A stretch of 63,785 nt of DNA, the filler included, from Sluysia triapertura (taxonomy: Eukaryota): the NCBI GenBank assembly GCA_046118255.1. It is 5 parts of 5 records of this genome, joined end to end, with 100 filler letters (N's around TTAATTAATTAA, not from the genome) between each part and the next. Parts side by side here need not be neighbours in the genome. Positions count along the whole stretch, not along the records: positions 1 to 10,883 come from JBJNIA010192029.1; positions 10,984 to 25,412 come from JBJNIA010259957.1; 3 more parts are not named here. The stretch is one strand, 5' to 3'. Of the stretch, positions 1 through 11,055 are shown in pieces. Each line of letters begins with the position of its first letter. Positions within the stretch are counted from its first letter, which is position 1. Below the pieces are notes generated by a model that was not told the DNA's origin, searched no databases, and saw only the letters and a list, made by a program, of their open reading frames with translations. Both the position numbers and the translations under genes were made by a program.

Positions 1-2266
1 ATTACTTAAGCACTTTAAGTGCCAGCGTTTAGTCATAGTAGTTATGAGTAAACCTAATATTTCTTTAACTATAATAATAATGATTAATTGCAAATCAATA
101 AAATTTGGATTATTCGTGGTAAGAAAAATAGATGTTATGTTTTATATTTTTATAACAAAAAGTACTAATAATTGTTTCAATTCGTACTATATTCTCATTT
201 TTAAAATAAAAATACAATCACAAAGACATGGAAAAATACCAAGTTTTAAATAAAGACTTCAAATAATGGTAGTTTAAAGAAATCACTTTAGAATTTAATT
301 TTAAAATAAATAATTAAATTTGCACTCAAGGATCTTAACAAATTCAAGAAAAACTTAGAAATTTGAAAATGGAAAAGAAATTCTTAATTAAACCCAAAAG
401 ATAAAAGAAAAATAAGGAAGTATGGCGCATATCATACTTAAATATACAAGAAAAGACGTGCAGAATGAGCAGTAGTATCATAGAAATGAAAAGATGAATT
501 AATATTGTTAAAATCACAATAATTTCTAAATTAAAAGAACCTTACTTTTTTGAAATAAGTCGTTTTAAAAAATGCCAATTTAATATTTCTCTTATATTAT
601 GATATTTTTATCAAATAATAAACCGTAAAAAGTGCATTGCATCTTTAAATTCATGTTAAATTTTCTCTTACTGATTAAGCTAGAAAGATGTACACATGAA
701 ATATTGGTTATGTATAAAACACAATTATTTAGCATCTCATATTTCATACCAATTATTAATTAATCAAATAACATAATATTCATTGGGATTATTTTAAGAA
801 ATACTTAAGGGAGTTGATTAAGTACTATTTTAGTCGTTCAACCTTCTAAAATCAAAGCATAAATATAATTATGAAAATATGAATAAAAATAATATCTGGC
901 ATATACACTTATTTTAATATGATGCCTAGATATTACGAGGGCGTTCATTTGATTTTTCAAACGATGCGTTTTTATTGTCAATGTTCAATGGTAAATTTTT
1001 CATAATTGGTAATTTGGTCACTATACTTAATCGACAAATTTTCTAATAAAATCACATAATAAATTTTAATATCGACATTTCGCCAAATTATTTTGCATTT
1101 AACGGAGTACTTTTCACATACCGTCAGAATCACAAAATCGCCCAAAACACGCTTATTTTAGTTTGCAATTTTTAATTATTAAATAAATATATGCTTTTTA
1201 ATTTTGATGAATGTTTTGATTTATTTAAGATCTGATAAAAACTTATGCAGAACCACGATTCGTGAAAAATTATAAAATGTGAAAACATCCAATACATTAA
1301 AAAAATTCATTTTCAGATGTAATAAAAGAATCACTTATAACCATAAATGAATGCTCAATTTTTGTATCCTCGATAAGGGAAATTTTGACTTGTGTTATTT
1401 ACGTGTACAGCTCTTTAAATAAAGTAAAATAACCTATATAAGTCGTTGACGACATCGGAGTTTCAGGGAATTTCTGAAAATATATCTCTACAATAAAATC
1501 TTCTTTGAACAATACACTAATTTTATCTGCATATCGTAAATTTCTAAAGCTTACTTTGTAATGGAGTGATGATAATTTTTACGGATTATTTCATCTCTGT
1601 TCATTCGCATTACACGCTCTCTGAATTTAATATTAGAAATAAATGAACATAAACTTATATAGAACTTCTTCGTGAGATGCTCAATATAACTTAATTTTTG
1701 GAAAACATGTTCTGTCTGATTATCAAAAATATTCATTTTAAGGTTTAGTTTAAAATATATTTTCAACTATAAAATTTGAAATTTGAAAAAATCTAATTAT
1801 GCTGTAGGAAAAAAAGAAAGAAAATAACGATTTTAATTTTTTATTTTGTTGATATTATTTATATTTAATTTATTTCATTTTTTAATATTAATTTTAAATC
1901 TCTGACGGAAGTCGGTTTGAATGTTTTAGAGACTTTAAGATTTAGATTTATGTAGAGATTGAAAAAATATTTGTAAATTAAGTTTAGTCGCTAAGTAAAA
2001 AATGTACCTGATTTAAAGGTAATTGTTTATTTGAATAAAAAGTTTTTAGTTTTTGGCATAGGGATGAGTTTAGAACTAATCTCCACGCATTATAAAGTGA
2101 GTCATAAAATAAAGTAATAAAATAAATATTATATTAAGTAATAATAATTATTATTAAAGTTATTTTTATTTGACTGTTCTATGTTACTGTTTTAAATTTT
2201 GGTAAATACCGTGAATGTTGATTTACTGTATTGTTAATTTTTGGAATAACAATAAATTATTTTCAG

Positions 2267-2415
2267 TGATACACAATTTAGTAGCAATGATTCATGATCC
2301 GGATCCAGATCATTTTTTAAGAGCAGATGTTGCAGAAGAATATTCACGTAACAAGCAGCAGTTTATCAAAAATGCTGAAGATTATACAAAGAAGTATGCT
2401 GAGAAGCGTCCTTAA
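2267..2415 (+). CDS. UBE2L3: Terminal coding exon of ubiquitin-conjugating enzyme E2 L3 (UbcH7); upstream exons not found in the window
   Basis: Acceptor tttcAG at 2265-2266. Reads VIHNLVAMIHDPDPDHFLRADVAEEYSRNKQQFIKNAEDYTKKYAEKRP*, matching the UBE2L3 C-terminus pattern ([45 protein letters not shown]). Confidence 0.92.
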
Positions 2416-3351
2416 TCCAAAGGAACTTTAATTGTACTAGTTTATTTATATTATCTTTCTTAAATTGTTAATGAAAAATTAACTAAATTGTTGTATAGTG
2501 TGCTAGTGTGTATTATTTTGTTTTGAGTTTTTTAAAATGCAACTTGTATGTTATTGAATAACAGGCTAGAATAACATATTTCATTATTTTTGGTTATATA
2601 AAAACTACGTTCCGTATTTTTATGATTGTGGATTAGATTTTTGTGTAAAATTTATTTAGAATTAAAATGTGACTAATATTAAATCAATGGATAAAGAGAC
2701 TGATTTCATGTTTAATTCTTCTGTATATTCATTTTTGTGATATTAAATGAATATTTTGGCTATTATTTTTGAATTATCAATTAATATATGCTAAAAATAT
2801 CTTGCCATGTAAAATCTCTACATAAATTTAAATTTTAAGTTTTTCGTATTCACAACTAAAAGTGATGTTATTTTTCTATTTTTTCATCCTTGCATATTAA
2901 TATTTTATATAAACGTTAATTAATGATTTTTAAAGCTTGCTATAATTGATTTAGTTATGCTAAAGCAAGGTTTTACAGTAGTGACGAAATTTTAGTGATA
3001 TATCACATAATATTAAAATATGTAGAAAGCTGTAGCAGCATGATATTTAATTAAAGAATAAATGTAAGAGCAAGGTTTCAACTTACTTAAAAATTATCAA
3101 TAACACAAGATTGTTTTAGATGCTTTGTAATAGCAAAGCTGCATATGACACTTAGATATAAATATCTACTATTTCGTAGATTGACTTTAAGGACATTATT
3201 TCTAGGTTAAAGCTTTAGACAAAAATCGTAAAATTTAATTCGAAAAAAATAAGTAAATTTAAAATGCAAGATTTTAAATTAACTAATAAAATATTCTGAA
3301 GAACACAATTATAAAAAAATTAAAATAACTAATTTTTACGTTGTCTATATC

Positions 3352-3478
3352 TGTTGGAATACAGGCCTAAAGTGACGTAGCACAATTGACTAAAATCTAA
3401 AAAAATTGTTAGACAAGACTGATAACTCAGTGGGTCCCTGGTTGCATCCTGGTCAGTCCATTATTATGAAGTCAAATA
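3352..3478 (+). mobile_element. tRNA-containing solo-LTR-like element, copy 1 (internal deletion of D-loop to anticodon arm)
   Basis: TGTTGGAATACAGGCCTAAAGTG...TTGTTAGACAAGACTGATAACTCAGTGG...GGTCAGTCCATTATTATGAAGTCAAATA. Colinear with the copies at 7088 and 32591. Flanks tatc/catc (3 of 4 match). Confidence 0.75.
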
Positions 3479-3589
3479 CATCAACGTGCTTCGTAAAAAT
3501 ACTAATAAAACCAATGTATTATACACTAATTCAAATTTTATTTTATCATGAGTAAACATTTTTCATTAAGCTATCAAATTAGACAAATT

Positions 3590-3809
3590 TTAATTAATAA
3601 ATGTGCTTTAATCTTTTAACAAATAAAACCTTACAAAGAGTTATTTCTTCGCATCTTTCATTTTTTTTCTTTGAAATATTTTTATACACTTATTTTGTTA
3701 TTACAATTCATCACAATGTTTCATCTTGATTCCTCAATGCGCTTATTTTATTTTTATTATTATGAGTTATAACCCTTATGATCTTCCTTATTTTTAACTA
3801 AACTCAACA
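3590..3809. repeat. LTR-end family B (ends ...CAACA), diverged copy
   Basis: Aligns along its length with 25513-25740 (attaataaatgtgctttaatcttttaacaaat ... tcttccttatttttaactaaactcaaca). Confidence 0.65.
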
Positions 3810-5879
3810 TTAGTAACACGCTGCACAAAATTCATGTAGTAAAAATTAAAAAATTTTCTTTTATAATTATTCAAATAAGTCATAAACTTTGTATAATGAT
3901 TTTGGCATTAAAAATTCAATTTTAATGTATTTTATGCTTATACTAAAGATAAGAGCACAGTAGTTATAAAACAAACATCACCTTCTGAGAATTAAACATT
4001 TTGTCAAATAAGTCGTCTAGAAACGAAAATATTGACACATTTTTAACATGAAAACGATGTCGACACTAGACTTTCTTAATACTGATAAAAAAGGGAGATG
4101 ATAATCCTTTATATTGTGCAAACGTTTATGGAAGCATATATGTATAAATTATGTAAAAGTCAGAAACTAAACGCGCATGCGATTTTCTAAATAAGATTTT
4201 GCGAAGTAATGATAATGATGAAATTTCAAATTATAGTGAATTAAATAAAGAAAACTTCTTTACCAGAATGACATATGCTGATGGGAGATCCACAATACTC
4301 ACTGCTGATCAAGTTGAGTTATGAAATAAAAGTTATAAACATATTAGTGAGCATTTTAATTTTAATTTACTTTAAAATTAAATTTTTATAAATAAATTGT
4401 TTTATTTGGTATGTTTTATGTACCAATAGGTCATATCATCTCCCAATTAGACAAAAATTTATATTAAAGTGTAAATATTAAAATGTTTTAGAATTTTTGA
4501 TTACTACGATAAACAAAATTTTGTAATAAATATATTAAATTTTAATTTTGTAAATAAAATAATTTTATTTAATTCTAGAAAAAACTTAATTAGAAAATGT
4601 AAAAGTAATTAATTAACATTTTTGATAAAAATAATTAAAAAGTACAAAAATAGTCTTTTAGATAAAACTTTTATTATCCTAATCATGAATTCTATCAAAA
4701 AGTTATATTTTTATCATTTTTTCTTTTAAAATAATATCTACCGAAAGCAAATAGCCGGTATATAATAAAGCTTACCGGTAAACATCAAAAATCTTACTTG
4801 GTATAAATAGCTTATCGTTTCTGATAGAAATCACAATTTGTTACACGATTTTTAGAAATTCGTAAGAGCACAAGTGCGTAAGTACACAAGACTTTAACGT
4901 CGCGTAAATACACAAGTATAATTTATTTACAACTCGTAGTCTATAATATTGAATTTGTTTTGGACTACTATTTGGTTGGTGATACATTAGGCTATTATCC
5001 GCATCCTTTTTGAGTGGTATTCGAACATTTTCATTCGGAGTTTATATTTTGAATTCATATTCGGATCGAGATTATCTTTGTGTTAAAGAAAAAATCCATA
5101 AGCTATTTATATTAAGTATTTACACAATAATAAATTTGTGTCAAAATCCAGGCAGAATATTTTTAACTTTCAACGCCCAAGTATTCACCTGCTTTAAAAT
5201 CACATTTAAATTTTTATTATAGTAAACTTAGGAGAAAATCCTATTAGATATATATTGTTATATATTATTTAAATTTATTTTTGTTCCTATTATACATATT
5301 GTTTGAATCTATTTGTTGAACTAAAATTTTAACTATTAGTTTTTTGAATATATATTAAAATTACTTGAGTTTTGTCGTTAAAAGTTGCATTAGTAAATTG
5401 ATTCGTTAACAAGTTTGATATACGAGAAAGTTAAATTCTTTAGAATAAATTACAGAACCTCCATTATAATAAAGAAATTTATTGCACTAAGATTAGGGTT
5501 TCTTTCGTAGCATCAACTAATTAATTCCTATAACTAAGTCTTCCGAGAGATATAAATCTTAGATTATAGACGAACCCAGTAAGATATTCATAATTGTCCA
5601 GTTAAAATTTTAATAAAATCTGAACAAAAGCCATTTTTCATAAACATTGTTAAATTTAAAATTAATGTTATTAAAACAATCAGTTTTGGTTTTAAAACCA
5701 GAAGTATAATTTTAAAAGTAACTTAATGCAATACAGGAATTCCTGTCTGATAAAAATAATTGGTCTTAAAGTTGAAATAAAACTTAGGCATTATTTCAAA
5801 CAGTGTAATGTTATAAGTTGAGCCTCACTTATATAAACATAAAAAGGTAAGCAATAGGTGCAATTTAAAATCTAACTTC

Positions 5880-6120
5880 AACATTGTAAAATTAAAGTTT
5901 TGATTAGAATTGCCCTCTATAAGGAAGTAGCATATTGCGAAGATTTTAATCTTATAAGCTTGCAAAATATAACTTTGGAGGCGAGTCCACCTAACAGAAA
6001 CGTCTTATATCTGGTCGAAGGCGGTCTATTAGGCTTTTAAGAAGTAATGCAATGCTACTTTAGAAGAGTCACGTATTACGAAAATAATTTAATTATGCTA
6101 GCCTTTTTATAGTTTAACTT
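5880..6120 (+). mobile_element. Highly decayed CR1/L2-like LINE ORF2 C-terminal remnant
   Basis: Nucleotide similarity to 51060-51210; residual reading NATLEESRIT resembles the CR1 LPTLExRR motif. Confidence 0.3.
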
Positions 6121-7087
6121 TCAATAAACAATATTTTAAATTAGCCTTTTGCGGTCTAATTATGAAATTTTCTTTTATATTTTATATTTAGTTAGACTTA
6201 TTATGGTCTAGCGAGGATAAATGATATTTTATTATTTAATAAACAATTACAAACTCTCAGAATATATATTATCAAAGAAATTCAACACCAAGAAGAAATT
6301 TTGCACAAAATGTAAATATAATAATAATAATAAGTTTGGCACTTAAATCTATTTATTTAGTGCTTTGAAGTTTATAAAGAAATTAAATTAGCCAGTTACG
6401 TCTAAGTGAAAATAAATTAAATATTTTAAGTAGATTTTGATTCTCCTAGTGAGAATATAAAACTTATTAAACAAGATCTTACTTTAGCATGGAACATCGA
6501 AAAAAATGAATTGATTTGATATTTTTTCGATATATGGTTTGTTGAAAATTTTGTCAGAATTTCTAATTCTTATATACAAAATTTTCAGTCGCCATATTGC
6601 TATGTTTATATTTTTCAAAAATTACTTAGTTTAAATAAAAATAAAACTTTAATTTTATTTAACTTAAATAATTTAATTTTATTAAATGTAATAATGATGT
6701 ATTTAATTTGTTAAAATTAATTTTATTTCTTCAATATAATAATAATAAATAATTTAATAAAAATGAATAAATACAATTTATGTTAATAATACAATAAATA
6801 AAAAATAAATGTAATAATAAAAATGAATAAATGTAATTATGTTAATATAATGTTATTGTTATTTCAAATAACAAAATAAATGTAATTTATATTTTCGAAG
6901 TTGGGTCGTTCAAAGTTCTTCCACAGTTCTCACAATATATTTACAGTTATATCGCATACATAAACCTTAAAATATATGAAAAATTGATGCACTTAATGAT
7001 TACAGAATATTATTCAAATACAAGTAATACTTGAATGATTTCGATAATTTGTAATGCCATATTTCACGATACCGGTTTATATCAATG

Positions 7088-7248
7088 TGATGGGGCAAAA
7101 AGGCCTAAAATGTGCCAAGTAGTATAATTGAATATATTGAAAATGAAAAAGTTAGACGGGGCTGAGAGCTCAGTGGTAGAGCAGTCGGACTGCGCAGACG
7201 ATGGTCCCGGGTTCGATCCCCGGTCAGTCCATTTTACGAAGTCAAACA
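7088..7248 (+). mobile_element. tRNA-containing solo-LTR-like element, copy 2 (most complete, 161 bp)
   Basis: TGATGGGG...AGGCCTAAAATGTG...GTTAGACGGGGCTGA[tRNA-like]TCAGTCCATTTTACGAAGTCAAACA. Same 5' and 3' modules as the copies at 3352 and 32591. No TSD preserved. Confidence 0.78.
7159..7231 (+). ncRNA. tRNA-derived Pol III unit inside the element; not a canonical tRNA
   Basis: Acceptor stem GGGCTGA/TCAGTCC plus A. D arm GCTC-AGTGGTA-GAGC (A box). T arm CCGGG-TTCGATC-CCCGG (B box). TTTT terminator at 7232-7235. The anticodon stem GTCGG/CAGAC is mismatched with a 6-nt loop, and position 8 is G rather than T. Confidence 0.8.
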
Positions 7249-8456
7249 ATAATATAATATTAATAAAAATTAAATAATAAGTTTTACATAAATGGATTAA
7301 AATTTAAAATTATGTCATTCAAATCACAAGACAGCTGCTCCAAATCTACCTATATCAATGTGAACATTACACATATTTTTAAAATGAGCCTGCATAATAA
7401 TTCACGATTGATGAATTGTTTGTATACGACACATAGATATGCAAACAATTAAGTTTAGCGTTTTGTTTTATAAACCAAAACATTTCATTGGAGGAAACAA
7501 ATATAATTACGTAAGATATTTTAAAAAATTAAGAATTTAACATAGATTAAGATGTAAAAAAGAGAATATTTTGTGGCATTGTATAACATAATTTTAATTT
7601 TAACGAGTAAGATATCTATATATTGTCATTCTTGTTAAAGAAGGAATCGGAAAAATTTCATTGGAAATTCAATACGGGTCCACCGGTGCATTTATGAATG
7701 ATTTTAATAATTTTGTATAATAAATATGTATGACTAAATAAGATAAGTTTAATTAGCTATAAAAAAAGTTTATCAAAAATTACTATAAATAGGAGTTCAT
7801 TTTCACTGAAAAAAAATAACTTTAGTATTCGTAACTTTAGTTTTATTTCTTTATGGAAGTTGAAAATATTCGTAACCTTAGTGTTTTAGCTAAGAAGACA
7901 ATATTCGACATTCATATTTTAGTTGTTGAAAATACTGTGCACGACTTTGACGTTTTTATCATTGAAACAAAAACCATTAATCGGAAACCTTATAAAGTGA
8001 ACCATTGACGGTAGGTAATATTATTTAACTTGAGCAACGTTAATTGTAAATACTCAGTTTAAATAAAATACATTATTAATAGTAATTTTATTTTAAAAAA
8101 TTAAGAATTATTCGTCAAAAAGAAAAATTACGAGTGAATAGGATATTTGTTGCGCTGTTACAAATAAAGCTTCTTTAGACTTTAGAATTTATTGATTTGG
8201 GGATTGAAAAGCAAGATTTAAAGTTTATAGATTAAGAAATTGGCACTTCTTACATCAGAGACGAGTAATGACTAAGCCTCCAGAATAAGTTTGCATTTAA
8301 GTAATAAAAGAGTATTAAAGTTTAGTCTTAAGTTAATAAAAGAATTATAATGGAATCGATTATAAGTTTTGAATCGATTAATAAAATCTACAAGTATAAG
8401 ATAAATCAAAATAACATATAATTTAAATTTATTAACAACCAAAATATTTTTGCAAA

Positions 8457-8457
<1 letters not shown>

Positions 8458-8497
<40 letters not shown>
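8458..8497. repeat. (TTA)n microsatellite
   Basis: Perfect TTA run. Confidence 0.95.
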
Positions 8498-8498
<1 letters not shown>

Positions 8499-8571
8499 TT
8501 ATTATTGTTAATTCATTATTTTAGAATTTTAAGGAGTAACGTTATAACAATTTCAAAATTAACCAACTTAC

Positions 8572-8880
8572 CGTTGTTCCAGTATATTCGTAAGTTGCTC
8601 TAGGTGTATTCATAAGAACAGTTGGACATACATCTTGTTCAGGTGCTTTATATTCAGTACGATAAATGGTTTGGCCATCAAATGGTGCATTTGTTGTGTG
8701 TGTTTCTGCATTTTTTTTATACGAAATTACCTTATCAATTGGTTGCCTAACATAATGCAAAGAATTAATTGTTTGTGTTTCGAAAGGTACACCTGGAGGT
8801 ATGTATTCACGTTGAGGACCATATTGCTGACGGGCGCAAACATTCCATTTTTTAAATTCATCTTTATAACTTGATGTGGC
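8572..8880 (-). CDS. Internal exon of a SAXO/FAM154-family axonemal microtubule-stabilising protein
   Basis: Minus-strand acceptor tgtAG (8882-8881) and donor GTAAGT (8571-8566); 309 bp, phase 0-0, open. Reads ATSSYKDEFKKW...REYIPPGVPFETQTINSLHY...APFDGQTIYRTEYK...CP...YEY, i.e. repeated PFxGxTxYxxEY/F (Mn-type) motifs. Other exons not located. Confidence 0.8.
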
Positions 8881-9146
8881 CTACATAATTAAATATTCTT
8901 AAATAATGCTTTTATAATTTAAGGATAATATAAACATTCATTAAAATAAATATTGTTAATTATTGATTTATTATTGAAGGTCTTAAGCTCAATCAAAGTA
9001 CGGAAGCCAGGTAAAATAAATTTTCTTTATCTAAATACATGGAAAATCAACATAAAAATAAAATAGTAGTAAATAAACTTTCATTGTAAAATATATTGTT
9101 TCTTTATACCTTTGGAATCACAATTAACTGAAAAGGTATCCGCTTC

Positions 9147-10883
9147 TGTAGTGGCCAACCCCTAACTTAATAATAAAATAAAAATTCACCACATAAAATA
9201 ACACCACCCATCACACCCTTCAGACATAAAGCACCACTCAACTCAGTTCATAAACAATAAAATACAATCTTAACACTTCACCAAACTACATCTCACAATA
9301 ATTAATTCACATCTGAACATTTCCAACTCAATAAACTCTCACATTCATTTCAACAACTCAAAACACTCACTCACTAAACACCTTATCAAAATTCACAACA
9401 TCAACTCATCAAACACTTCACCAACCAACTCACAACCATCACATAAACCTCATAAATCATAAACACAAGAACATTCAAATCATACTTATAACCATGTTAG
9501 AAACAATACCATTCTACTCAAAATTTCAAGTTACGATAACATTCAAACCTTTCATCTGCAACAATGTCTACAACAGCATAAGATATACAAAATTATTTCG
9601 CAATAACCTTTATAAAATCAAATCAACTTCAATCTTTTTAACAGGCATGTCAAAAACTAAAACCTTTCAACAAACTATCTTCAACACTTTCCATTTCACT
9701 TACACACGAGCAAAACATAACCTTCAATTATCTCCTTCTATTTCACCAATCTAAATATGTCAAGAAGAATGAACACAAAGATACAGAAAGATCATGTAGA
9801 GCACAAAAGTTCATGCATTTTGAATTTATCTACTATTATCAATTTTATTATTACTTAAATTATTATTATCCTCATTATTATCATTATTATCCTACACCTT
9901 TGTTGTCATTCTTCCAATTATTATTACTACTTATCATTTTAAATATTAATTATTACTATTATTATCAATTATATCATTACTATTTATTATTGTTATTATT
10001 TTTACCATTTTTACATTATTATCAACATTATTATTCTGGTTATTACAACTATTATTATTAAATGCACTTACGACCCGCCATTTTCATTACTAATTCTACA
10101 GAAAAATTACCAACTTTGTTACGTAATATTTTACTATTACGTCACACCTGCAATGTCAACTGGTGACACATCACTATATTGGTACAAACTAAATTCTCAG
10201 CAATTGTCACACTACCCAATCAGAGCCGAGAATACCGTTAGATTAATGAAATACACTCTGATTGGTTAGAGCACACAAGCAGACATCGTAAATTAACACA
10301 CATCGACAAGATAAAGGAGGACACAAAGAGATTCAATTGGCAGAAAAGAAAAAATGAAAAAGTAACCAGACAGACAAATTATTAAAACACACAGAGTAAT
10401 TGAACAAAAATTTAATAAAGAGATAGCGGCATCAGACATTAATAATAGAATTCATTAGCTACAGCCATATTTGAAAAGTTAATAGAAAGTTGATTTCAAA
10501 AAAATTCAATAACTGTCGTTATAATAGGCAAACAAAAAAACCAGCAATAATTAATTAATAAATTGCAGTGACTAAAAAATATTACCAGCAAGAGGAGTAA
10601 AGCAAATAAAGCAGACAGACTTTTATTTAGAAAATTGTGTTAAACAAAGACAGTCAAAAAGACGAAGTTTTATGATTTCATCATCTAAACCATTATCTAT
10701 TATGAATTCTCAATCAGAAAAGCTATCTAAGATTGAACCCGAAAGACAAAACGAACTAATTAATCAAGTTGTTGATACCGCAGAAGTTGATGCTAATATT
10801 TATTATGAACAGTGCAAGCAGTTTGATAGAGTTATCCCTGCAGCTGTAGAGTCTTGCGAAATGTGTAATTATGGTGATAAAGC
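9147..10883 (+). mobile_element. Long LTR-like family A copy running into a gap; includes the start of an unknown ORF (10672-)
   Basis: Starts TGTAGTGGCCAACC. Then a C/A-rich tract, CTAAATATGTCAAGAA...AAAAGTTCATGCATTT motif, (TAT)-rich tract 9830-10060, GGTACAAACTAAATT, and inverted CCAATCAGAG (10216-10225)/CTCTGATTGG (10256-10265). Confidence 0.65.
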
Positions 10884-10983
10884 NNNNNNNNNNNNNNNNN
10901 NNNNNNNNNNNNNNNNNNNNNNNNNNNTTAATTAATTAANNNNNNNNNNNNNNNNNNNNNNNNNNNNNNNNNNNNNNNNNNNN
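10884..10983. other. Artificial assembly spacer N44-TTAATTAATTAA-N44
   Basis: Exactly 100 bp; the central 12-mer gives stops in all six frames; identical at four places. Confidence 0.97.
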
Positions 10984-11055
10984 TCTATGTGCTGGCCCTT
11001 AAGTGAATAAGTCCACTATCATAGAGGACTCACAATAAAATAAATTAAATTAAAT
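10984..11055 (+). mobile_element. 3' end of a CR1/L2-like LINE: stem-loop plus (TAAAT)n tail
   Basis: GCTGGCCCTTAAGTGAATAAGTCC-actatcataga-GGACTCAC followed by AATAAAATAAATTAAATTAAAT. Related copies at 27451 (+) and 52321-52388 (-). Confidence 0.55.

Noticed and set aside
934-965. TACGAGGG mariner-like TIR starts (also near 48066)
   Set aside because: No convincing partner TIR or transposase found; the match is too short.
7151-7159. GTTAGACGG resembles my recollection of the planarian spliced-leader 5' part
   Set aside because: Only 9 nt match; the rest of the leader, the donor site and an Sm site are absent.
7159-7231. Functional tRNA gene (Cys/Ala-like)
   Set aside because: The anticodon arm is malformed, T8 is missing, and it sits inside a dispersed repeat whose other copies delete the anticodon arm.
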